Positions 36,427-44,468 of a stretch of 64,000 nt of DNA are shown in pieces. This DNA comes from an uncultured Acidobacteriaceae bacterium. GTDB lineage: Bacteria > Acidobacteriota > Terriglobia > Terriglobales > Acidobacteriaceae. The notes below the pieces were generated by a model. It searched no databases, was not told where the DNA came from, and saw nothing but the letters and a program-made list of their open reading frames with translations. The stretch lies in contig CAWEBA010000025.1 in assembly GCA_963807145.1 (NCBI GenBank), positions 39,922 to 103,921 on the forward strand. The letters run 5' to 3'. How positions within the stretch are numbered: position 1 is the first letter of the stretch; each line of letters starts with the position of its first letter. The translations under genes were made by a program, and so were the position numbers.

Positions 36427-36674
36427 AGGGGAGTGCCTTCGCGGCGAAGCGGCCAAAGCGAGGGCCATTGTAAACCCTCGCCCAACTGTTCACGGCTTTT
36501 TCTTGCCGAGTTCGCCTAACTTCCGTCCAGGCGTACGTGGCGAACTCGCTTTGGAGGATTTCCTGCCGTACAATTACAGCGCGACGACTCGTTTGTGGCC
36601 TTAGTGCCGCGCGCCGCGAAAGAAGGCGAATTCCAGTGCCGGTGGACCGCAACCATCCCGGAGCACCTCAGGAA

Positions 36675-37691
36675 ATGGCGCACAAAACTGGCGTCCACCA
36701 GCCTAATGCGGAATCTTCCATCGCGATTCTCGGCGGACGTCCCCTCCTGCCAAACTCCGGAATCCCTCTCGACCTGAATTGGCTCCAGGAAGTTCGCGTA
36801 AACACCAGCGCGGTGGAACGCCGTGCCCAGAGTCAGGTGGCGCGGCGGACAGTCAAGAAGGAATGGCAGGCCGCGTGGCTTCTGCGAGCAATCACCTGCA
36901 TGGACCTGACCACACTTTCCGGCGATGACACTGACGACCGCGTGCGCCGCCTGTGCGCGAAGGCGCGTCAGCCGCTGCAGCAGGACCTTGTTCGCAAGCT
37001 TGGAATCGAAGAACTCGACGTGAAGGTGGCCGCCGTGTGCGTCTATCACGTCTTCGTCGAAACCGCGGTGCACGCCCTCGAAGGCAGCGCTATCCGCGTC
37101 GCCGCTGTGTCCACCGGTTTCCCCGCTGGCCTGTCGCCGCTCGCTGAGCGGGTCGCCGAAATTCGCCGTTCCGTCGAGGCTGGCGCTCACGAGATTGACG
37201 TTGTGATCACTCGCGCCCTGGTGTTTGGCGGACGGTGGCAGGCGCTGTACGACGAAATTGCAGCCTTCAAACAAGCCTGCGGCGGTGCTCGCATGAAAGT
37301 CATCCTCGGCGCAGGCGACCTGCTTACTCTGCGCAATGTGGCCCGCGCCAGTGTCGTAGCCGTGATGGCGGGAGCCGATTTCATCAAGACCTCGACTGGC
37401 AAAGAACCTACCAACGCCACGCTGCCGGTGGGCTTGGTGATGACTCGTGCCATCCGCGAATACGCTCAGCAAACCGGTATGGCTGTGGGATTTAAAGCCG
37501 CCGGCGGTATTCGCACTGCCAAGCAGTCGACTGACTGGCTGGCCATGATGAAAGAAGAACTCGGGCAGTCGTGGATGCGCGCCGAACTGTTTCGCTTTGG
37601 CGCCAGTGGATTGTTGGGAGACATCGAGCGGCAACTGGAGCATCACGCGACCGGACGTTATTCGGCGGAATATCGTCATCCCATAGCGTAG
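36675..37691 (+). CDS. deoC: Deoxyribose-phosphate aldolase (long form)
   Basis: ITCMDLTTLSGDDT, VAAVCVY, KVILGAG and the FIKTSTGK active-site Lys motif. ATG 36675 is preferred over the longer 36537 ORF. Confidence 0.85.
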   Translation: MAHKTGVHQPNAESSIAILGGRPLLPNSGIPLDLNWLQEVRVNTSAVERRAQSQVARRTVKKEWQAAWLLRAITCMDLTTLSGDDTDDRVRRLCAKARQPLQQDLVRKLGIEELDVKVAAVCVYHVFVETAVHALEGSAIRVAAVSTGFPAGLSPLAERVAEIRRSVEAGAHEIDVVITRALVFGGRWQALYDEIAAFKQACGGARMKVILGAGDLLTLRNVARASVVAVMAGADFIKTSTGKEPTNATLPVGLVMTRAIREYAQQTGMAVGFKAAGGIRTAKQSTDWLAMMKEELGQSWMRAELFRFGASGLLGDIERQLEHHATGRYSAEYRHPIA

Positions 37692-37733
37692 GGGCCGGCT
37701 GCCCTAGGAAAAGCGGAGTCGAGTCGATCGAAA

Positions 37734-40118
37734 ATGAGCATCGCTGAAAAATTTCTGACGATGGAATACGGTCCCGCCCCCGAAGATCCCAAAGAGGCGC
37801 AAGCCTGGCTGGAGCGCCACGGCCATCGCTTCGGACACTTCATCAACGGCGCCTGGCAGGCGCCAGCCGCTGGAGCATATTTCGATACGATCGATCCTTC
37901 CAATGGAGAGAAATTAGCCTCCATCGCTCAAGGTTCTTCCGCAGACATTGACTCCGCCATGCAGGCCGCGCGTGCGGCGTTTCCGAAATGGCAAGCGCTC
38001 ACTCCGCACATCCGGGCGCGTTACCTCTATGCCCTGGCGCGATTGGTGCAGAAACACTCGCGTCTTCTCGCTGTTCTGGAAACCATGAACAACGGCAAGC
38101 CCATCCGTGAGAGCCGTGACATCGACATTCCGCTGGTAGCGCGGCATTTCTACTACCATGCCGGCTGGGCGCAACTTCTCGATCAGGAATTTCCTGAGTA
38201 CGAATCTTGCGGCGTCGTGGGCCAGATCATCCCGTGGAATTTTCCTCTGCTGATGGCTGCGTGGAAAATTGCTCCAGCCCTCGCCACCGGCAACACGGTC
38301 GTGTTGAAGCCCGCGGAATTCACTCCTCTGACTGCGCTCGCGTTCGCTGAACTGTGTCAGGAGGCGGGATTGCCCGCCGGAGTGGTCAACATCGTCACCG
38401 GGGACGGCTCGACCGGCGAGGCCCTGGTCAAACATCCCGACGTGGACAAAATTGCATTCACCGGTTCCACCGAAGTTGGACGCGCGATTCGCAGCGCGAC
38501 GGCCGCAACTCCCAAGCGTCTGTCGCTTGAGTTGGGAGGAAAGTCTCCCTTCATCATCTTTGATGATGCTGATCTCGATAGCGCCGTCGAGGGATTGGTC
38601 GATGGAATCTGGTTCAATCAAGGGCAAGTATGCTGCGCGGGCTCGCGCATGTTGATGCAGGAAAGTATTGCTGAGAACTTGATCGCCAAAATCCGGGACC
38701 GCATGAGCACGCTGCGCATCGGCCTTCCTCTGGACAAGGCAATCGACATCGGTCCGATCGTCGCGCGCGTGCAACTGGATCGCATCGAGCGCATGGTCGG
38801 TCAAGGAGTCGCCGAAGGCGCAACCTGCTGGCAGCCGCAGGTCGCGTTGCCGGCGCGCGGTTTTTATTATCCACCTACGCTCCTGAGCAATGTGCATCCC
38901 ACGTCAATCGTCGCACAGCAGGAGATCTTCGGGCCGGTGCTTGCCGCAATGACATTCCGCACTCCGAAAGAAGCGGTTGAGTTGGCCAACAACACCGTCT
39001 ACGGCTTGGCAGCGTGCATTTGGAGCGAGAACATCAACGTCGCGTTACACGTGGCCGCGCGACTGAAAGCCGGTGTGGTTTGGGTGAACTGCACGAACCT
39101 CTTCGACGCTTCCTGCGGCTTCGGCGGCTACCGTGAAAGCGGATACGGGCGCGAAGGCGGCAAGGAAGGCCTGCTGGAATATCTGCAGCCGTCGTGGTTT
39201 AAGAACGCTCCCAAGTTGCCCGCTGCTCGGCACCTCGAGTCCGCGCCCACAGAACCAGCGCCAGCGAGCGGCACTCCCGCCATCGATCGCACCGTCAAGC
39301 TCTACATCGGCGGCAAGCAGACGCGGCCGGATTCCGGCTACAGCATGGAAGTGCATTCAGCCGATGGACGTTTGCTTGGCGAAGCCTCGCTCGGCAACCG
39401 CAAAGACATTCGCAATGCGGTCGAGGCGGCCCGGAAGGCGGAGTCATGGGCGAAAGCAACCGCGCACAATCGAGCCCAGATTCTTTACTACTGCGCCGAG
39501 AATCTTTCCCAACGCCGCGATGAAATTATCCGCGGTTTGGCCTCGGTCGTCGGCGCAAAGCAAGCCGCGGCAGAACTCGATCTTAGTATCGAACGCATTT
39601 TTTCCTACGCAGCGTGGGCTGACAAGTTCGACGGTGCTGTCCACAATCCTCCGTTCCGCACCATCGCAATCGCGATGAACGAACCGTTAGGAACCGTCGG
39701 GATCGTCTGCCCCACAGAGGCGCCGCTCCTAGGTTTTCTTTCGCTCGTCCTGCCGGCGGTCGCGATGGGCAATACCGTGGTAGCAGTTCCTTCCGAGGCA
39801 TACCCGATCATCGCCGCCGACCTCTATCAACTCTTCGACACCAGTGATCTACCGGGTGGCGTCGTGAACATCGTCACGGGATATGCGCCGCAGCTTCTGA
39901 AAACTCTTGCCGAGCACGACGATGTCGACGCCATCTGGTCCTTCAGCGATGAAGCCGGCGCAACTGCCGCGAAAGCCCTATCGGTCGGCAATCTAAAGCA
40001 GGTTTGGACCAACGAGGGCCGGGCCATCGACTGGTTCAATCCGAAGCTGGCTGAAGGACGTTGGTTTCTCGAGCATGCCACTCAGGTAAAAAATATCTGG
40101 GTTCCTTACGGCGAATAA
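37734..40118 (+). CDS. Aldehyde dehydrogenase fused to a C-terminal truncated ALDH-like domain (794 aa)
   Basis: The N-terminal ~500 aa are a complete ALDH (FPLLMAAWKIAPALATGNTVVLKP, FTGSTEVGR, LELGGKSP, GQVCCAGSR, EEIFGPV). Residues ~520-794 repeat the ALDH N-terminal/cofactor half (WAKATAHNRAQILY, EPLGTVGIVCPTEAPLLGF..PAVAMGNTVVAVPS, GGVVNIVTG) but end before the ELGG/Cys region. Confidence 0.85.
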   Translation: MSIAEKFLTMEYGPAPEDPKEAQAWLERHGHRFGHFINGAWQAPAAGAYFDTIDPSNGEKLASIAQGSSADIDSAMQAARAAFPKWQALTPHIRARYLYALARLVQKHSRLLAVLETMNNGKPIRESRDIDIPLVARHFYYHAGWAQLLDQEFPEYESCGVVGQIIPWNFPLLMAAWKIAPALATGNTVVLKPAEFTPLTALAFAELCQEAGLPAGVVNIVTGDGSTGEALVKHPDVDKIAFTGSTEVGRAIRSATAATPKRLSLELGGKSPFIIFDDADLDSAVEGLVDGIWFNQGQVCCAGSRMLMQESIAENLIAKIRDRMSTLRIGLPLDKAIDIGPIVARVQLDRIERMVGQGVAEGATCWQPQVALPARGFYYPPTLLSNVHPTSIVAQQEIFGPVLAAMTFRTPKEAVELANNTVYGLAACIWSENINVALHVAARLKAGVVWVNCTNLFDASCGFGGYRESGYGREGGKEGLLEYLQPSWFKNAPKLPAARHLESAPTEPAPASGTPAIDRTVKLYIGGKQTRPDSGYSMEVHSADGRLLGEASLGNRKDIRNAVEAARKAESWAKATAHNRAQILYYCAENLSQRRDEIIRGLASVVGAKQAAAELDLSIERIFSYAAWADKFDGAVHNPPFRTIAIAMNEPLGTVGIVCPTEAPLLGFLSLVLPAVAMGNTVVAVPSEAYPIIAADLYQLFDTSDLPGGVVNIVTGYAPQLLKTLAEHDDVDAIWSFSDEAGATAAKALSVGNLKQVWTNEGRAIDWFNPKLAEGRWFLEHATQVKNIWVPYGE

Positions 40119-40287
40119 TCTACAGAATGACCTACGGAGAATAAGGTCGAATCGGAATTGCTTTTGTCCCGTCACCGGACTAGCATACTTCCGTCGTTCT
40201 TCTCCGCTTGGCATCTTTGGCATCACGTCATGCCATTCATGTTCGATCTACTTGCTGATCTTCTATGTGTTGATCTAAGGAGGAAAT

Positions 40288-41793
40288 ATGGGCATCGCAG
40301 TGTCACCACAGATTCATCCCAAGGTCGCGGAGTTCCTCGAAAAACCGCGCAAAATGTTAATCAATGGCCAGTGGGTAAGCTCCATTTCTGGCAAGACTTT
40401 TCCTACCTACAATCCTTCCACCGGCGAAGTCCTGGCGCAGGTCGCGGAAGGCGATCGTGAAGATATTGAACAAGCCGTGAAGGCCGCCCGCAAAGCCTTC
40501 GACCAGGGTCCGTGGCGGCGATTGACCTCGTCCGAACGCGGACGCATGATCTGGAAGCTGGCCGATTTATTGGAACAGCACACAGAAGAGTTCGCGTACC
40601 TCGAGAGCCTCGACAACGGCAAGCCTCTCACCATCGCGCGCGCCGCCGATGTCCCCCTGGCCGTCGACTTGTTCCGCTACATGGCAGGCTGGACCACAAA
40701 GATTGAAGGCAATACGATTCCGATCTCGGTTCCATACACGCCTGGAGCGAAGTATCTCGCCTACACGTTGCGCGAGCCCGTCGGAGTGGCAGGCCAAATC
40801 ATTCCCTGGAACTTCCCTCTGCTGATGGCCGCGTGGAAGCTGGGCCCGGCGCTCGCGTGCGGCTGCACTGTTGTGCTGAAACCAGCAGAGCAAACGCCGC
40901 TTTCAGCGCTGCGTCTCGGCGAACTGGTTGCCGAGGCTGGCTTCCCTGAAGGTGTGGTGAACATCGTGCCGGGCTACGGCGAGACGGCAGGCGCCGCGCT
41001 GGCGGCTCATCCCGACGTAGACAAAATTGCCTTCACCGGTTCCACCGAAGTTGGCAAGCTGATCGTCCACGCCGCGACCGGCAACTTGAAGAAGGTGTCG
41101 CTCGAGCTTGGCGGTAAATCTCCCAACGTCGTCTACAAGGATGCCGATCTCGACGCTGCAATCCCCGGCGCTGCGAGCGCGATCTTCTTCAATCACGGCC
41201 AGTGTTGCTGCGCCGGATCGCGTCTCTATATCGAGAAGCCGATCTTTGACCGCGTGGTGGAAGGCGTTGCCGAACAGGCGAAGAAAATCAATGTCGGCTC
41301 CGGCCTCGATCCCGAAACAAGCATGGGACCTCTGGTCTCTGAAGAACAGCTGAGCCGCGTCTGCGGTTATCTCGAGGCCGGCTTCTCGGAAGGCGCCAAA
41401 GCGGTCACTGGTGGCCACAAGAAAGGTGACAAAGGTTATTTCGTCGAGCCCACCGTTCTCGTGAACACTCGCGAAGACATGAAGGTGGTGCGAGAAGAAA
41501 TCTTCGGGCCTGTCGTGACGGCGATGCCGTTCGATGATCCTGAGGAACTGATGCCGCGCGCCAACAACAGCGAATACGGCCTGGCTGCTGCCGTCTGGAC
41601 GCGCGACATCAGCAAAGCCCACCGCACCGCCGAACTTCTGCGCGCCGGTACGGTGTGGATCAACTGTTACAACATTTTCGACGCGTCTCTCCCCTTCGGA
41701 GGATACAAACAATCCGGATGGGGCCGCGAGATGGGACACGATGTTCTAAACAATTACACACAAACCAAGGCGATCTGCACCAAGTTGGTCTAG
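40288..41793 (+). CDS. NAD(P)-dependent aldehyde dehydrogenase
   Basis: A strong SD (TAAGGAGG) lies 5 nt upstream. WNFPLLMAAWKLGPALACGCTVVLKP, FTGSTEVGK, LELGGKSPN, GQCCCAGSR and EEIFGPV. Confidence 0.9.
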   Translation: MGIAVSPQIHPKVAEFLEKPRKMLINGQWVSSISGKTFPTYNPSTGEVLAQVAEGDREDIEQAVKAARKAFDQGPWRRLTSSERGRMIWKLADLLEQHTEEFAYLESLDNGKPLTIARAADVPLAVDLFRYMAGWTTKIEGNTIPISVPYTPGAKYLAYTLREPVGVAGQIIPWNFPLLMAAWKLGPALACGCTVVLKPAEQTPLSALRLGELVAEAGFPEGVVNIVPGYGETAGAALAAHPDVDKIAFTGSTEVGKLIVHAATGNLKKVSLELGGKSPNVVYKDADLDAAIPGAASAIFFNHGQCCCAGSRLYIEKPIFDRVVEGVAEQAKKINVGSGLDPETSMGPLVSEEQLSRVCGYLEAGFSEGAKAVTGGHKKGDKGYFVEPTVLVNTREDMKVVREEIFGPVVTAMPFDDPEELMPRANNSEYGLAAAVWTRDISKAHRTAELLRAGTVWINCYNIFDASLPFGGYKQSGWGREMGHDVLNNYTQTKAICTKLV

Positions 41794-41805
41794 CTGATCG
41801 TTCCA

Positions 41806-41848
41806 ATAAAAAAGGACGGCGGATTACCGCCGTCCTTTTATTTTTTTC
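41806..41848. terminator. Bidirectional intrinsic terminator between the convergent ALDH and pyrR genes
   Basis: aaaaggacggcgg-atta-ccgccgtcctttt is a 13-bp stem. It is followed by a T7 run on the plus strand and preceded by an A-run, which gives a T-run on the minus strand. Confidence 0.75.
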
Positions 41849-41869
41849 AACCCCTATGGGCCGCCACTG

Positions 41870-42439
41870 CTACTTTTCCATCAGCAGAACCTTCTCCGCA
41901 TTATCAATCTCGGTCAACTTAACCTCGATCACTTCGTTCATGGTGGTCTGAACACTGCGGCCCACAAAGCTGGCCTCGACGGGCAACTCCCGATGTCCGC
42001 GGTCGATCAGCACGCACAACTGCACGCGTCGCGGTCTGCCGTGCGAAAACAACGCGTCCAGCGCAGCCCGCGTCGTGCGACCGGTAAAAAGAACATCGTC
42101 GACCAACACAATGTTCTTATCCTCAATCGAGAATCCAATCTCCTTTTCCTGCACCACCGGTTTCGGTCCGAGCGTAGAAAGATCGTCGCGATAGAAAGTG
42201 ATGTCCAACGTGCCGACCGGGACCTTGGCATTCTCGATACGCGTAATGATCTTGCCCAGTCGCTCGGCGATGGGGACCCCGCGGCGGCGAATCCCGACTA
42301 ATCCCAAGCCTTCGATGCCGCCGTTTTTTTCGACAATCTCGTACGCCAGTCGCACCAGCGTGCGCTCGATTTCTGATGCCGACATGAGCTGCGCCTTCTG
42401 GCGCAGACCCGTCTTGCGGGAAGGAACTTTTGAATTCAT
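41870..42439 (-). CDS. pyrR: PyrR bifunctional pyrimidine regulatory protein / uracil phosphoribosyltransferase
   Basis: IERTLVRLAYEIVEKN..GLGLVGIRRRGVPIAERL and the PRPP-binding loop VLVDDVLFTGRTTRAALDAL. Confidence 0.9.
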   Translation of the reverse strand: MNSKVPSRKTGLRQKAQLMSASEIERTLVRLAYEIVEKNGGIEGLGLVGIRRRGVPIAERLGKIITRIENAKVPVGTLDITFYRDDLSTLGPKPVVQEKEIGFSIEDKNIVLVDDVLFTGRTTRAALDALFSHGRPRRVQLCVLIDRGHRELPVEASFVGRSVQTTMNEVIEVKLTEIDNAEKVLLMEK

Positions 42440-42472
42440 CGTTGCGCGTACCTCGCAAAATAACGGTTTCCC

Positions 42473-42501
42473 ACTGTATTCAACGCAGAGTCAGAGGTCA
42501 A
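42473..42501 (-). promoter_or_regulatory. Possible sigma70-like promoter for pyrR
   Basis: On the minus strand: TTGACC (42501-42496), a 17-nt spacer and TACAGT (42478-42473), about 35 nt upstream of the pyrR ATG. This is pattern match only. Confidence 0.25.
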
Positions 42502-42558
42502 GCGGCAACGCCTCGATGAAGTGCAATTCGTGGATGGGAATCGAACAACTTGGAAGAA

Positions 42559-44373
42559 TCAGACGTCGCGGTGTTCGCTGGACATCAAATCCACGACGAC
42601 AGTTTGTTCTCTGCCGGCGCCACTCTGGACTCTCACAGTTCGTGTCAGTACCCCGTTGTCTTTTTGCAGAGCCTGCAGCGTGATCGCGTGCGGAGTCGAA
42701 GCCGCGCCATCGCTCGGCAGAATTCCTATTCCCTGATTCCGCCCTCCGGCCTTCGCGCGATAGAGCGCTGTGTCCGCGAGTTCAATGATCTCTTCCGCGC
42801 AAACCGCCTCGTATGCTCCGCGGCTCCAGGGGAAGGGAGCCCATCCTACGGAGCAGGTCTTCCGCACTCGAACCCCGTGTCCAAGATCAAATGCTTCTGC
42901 TGCCATGATCTCCAGAACGCGTTCGCAGAAGGCTGGAGTACCAGATGGATCCGCCGAGCGCGACATAATCAGAAATTCCTCGCCTCCCCAGCGCACCAGC
43001 ACGTCCGACTTGCGGACCACACCGCTCAAACGCTCCGCCACTCGCTGCAGCAGGCGATCACCTGCAGGATGCCCATGACGATCGTTTACTTCTTTGAAAA
43101 AGTCCACGTCCACCATGATGAAGACCAGATCGCGATGATCCAGCTTTCGAATGTCGCTGCCGCGGGCCCTCTCGTAATTTCGAAGAACCTGCCCTGCTTC
43201 CGCCGTAAGAATTTCTTCGAGATAGCGCCGGTTCCACACTCCGGTCAACGGGTCAGTAAAGGAAATTTCCTGGAGCTCAAGATTTTTGCGCTGCAGTTCC
43301 AGACTATGCCACCGCAGCGACTGCTCCTTGCTCTCCAACTCGTCCTTCAGCTTGCACGTTTCGTCGAGATTTTGCCGAGACGAACGCAGTAGATGGAGCA
43401 GTTCGCGGTCCATGCAGTGCTGCTTAACGAACACCAGTGCACCCATGAAGAGCATCGCCGCGACAGTCAAGAACAGCCTGTAGGATCGAACTCGCGGCGG
43501 CGCTCCTCCTCCAAACTCCGCCCATGCCACCATCAGCGGCGTGGAGAAGACCGCGATCATCGCCAGGCGCGCCGTCCACATGCTGTGGTCGTGGCGCGGT
43601 TCCTGGGCCGTGGGTTGGTCGGACGACGAACTGCGTGCGATAAACCCCACGGATGCGAACCACGCCATCGCGGCTACCAGTGGAACATCAAAAAGACTGC
43701 CCGTGTAGTACTGGTGATAGTCGATTGCTACACCCGCCAGAAGCGAGCCCACGCTGTAAAATAGGGCAGCGACAAAAAGTTGCCGGTAGATCAGTCGCCA
43801 AGGGCCGTGACTGCGCTTCCAAACCAGGCCCACTCCCACAATCAGAACGATCTGTTCGCATACGTACAGCACATCGAAGCTGTGGCCGTAAACCGCTTCG
43901 TTCGGTGAAACGTACTGCCACGGGATAACGATAAATAAATAAAGATAAAGCCACCAGGCGAGCAGCAGAAAAAAGTCGAGCGACACCAGCCGCAGAGAAT
44001 GGTCTTTCCGCTGAACCTGCGGCTGCACCACCAGGGCGGCCATCATCGGAACCACATGCAGAAATAGAACTACGTCTCCGACAAACGGGTTCGGCACTTC
44101 CTGCCGCAGGAAGACCTCGAAGTAAGTCCAGAGGAGCTGCGTGAACAGCCACATCCCGCATCCAAGCGCTATGAGCGCCCAGAAAAGCTTCGCCTTTCTA
44201 TAGCTTGTCTTGAGGTTCGAGAGGATGCCCAGCGTGCCGCAGAAAAGCAAAGCAGATTGCATCAGATCGCCGAAGGCGGTCAGTTCAACACCGCGTGGCA
44301 CCCACAGGGACACTAATACGTGAACGCACACCACTGCGCACACGATTCCCGTCCACTTGCCGGGTTTTCGCAC
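42559..44373 (-). CDS. Membrane-anchored diguanylate cyclase (multi-TM sensor + GGDEF)
   Basis: About 9 TM helices and a coiled-coil linker. Then DPLTGVWNRRYL, MVDVDFFKEVNDRHGHPAGD and RKSDVLVRWGGEEFLI (I-site RxxD plus GGEEF). GTG 44373 is proposed because the longer ORF (to 44607) overlaps kynU. The start is uncertain. Confidence 0.8.
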   Translation of the reverse strand: MRKPGKWTGIVCAVVCVHVLVSLWVPRGVELTAFGDLMQSALLFCGTLGILSNLKTSYRKAKLFWALIALGCGMWLFTQLLWTYFEVFLRQEVPNPFVGDVVLFLHVVPMMAALVVQPQVQRKDHSLRLVSLDFFLLLAWWLYLYLFIVIPWQYVSPNEAVYGHSFDVLYVCEQIVLIVGVGLVWKRSHGPWRLIYRQLFVAALFYSVGSLLAGVAIDYHQYYTGSLFDVPLVAAMAWFASVGFIARSSSSDQPTAQEPRHDHSMWTARLAMIAVFSTPLMVAWAEFGGGAPPRVRSYRLFLTVAAMLFMGALVFVKQHCMDRELLHLLRSSRQNLDETCKLKDELESKEQSLRWHSLELQRKNLELQEISFTDPLTGVWNRRYLEEILTAEAGQVLRNYERARGSDIRKLDHRDLVFIMVDVDFFKEVNDRHGHPAGDRLLQRVAERLSGVVRKSDVLVRWGGEEFLIMSRSADPSGTPAFCERVLEIMAAEAFDLGHGVRVRKTCSVGWAPFPWSRGAYEAVCAEEIIELADTALYRAKAGGRNQGIGILPSDGAASTPHAITLQALQKDNGVLTRTVRVQSGAGREQTVVVDLMSSEHRDV

Positions 44374-44468
44374 CGAGATCAGACCCACCGTAAGAGTGTA
44401 TGGCGGGGTCAGGTTGGTGTGCGTATTACTGAAGTAATACGGACGTGACCGAAACGTGTAACTCGACT

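Noticed and set aside
36516-37679. 387-aa minus-strand ORF
   Set aside because: It is antisense to deoC, whose plus-strand translation carries clear aldolase motifs. The shadow translation has none.
42440-42558. Search for a PyrR-binding anti-antiterminator loop (CCAGAGAGG-like) in the pyrR leader
   Set aside because: No match was seen on either strand by eye.
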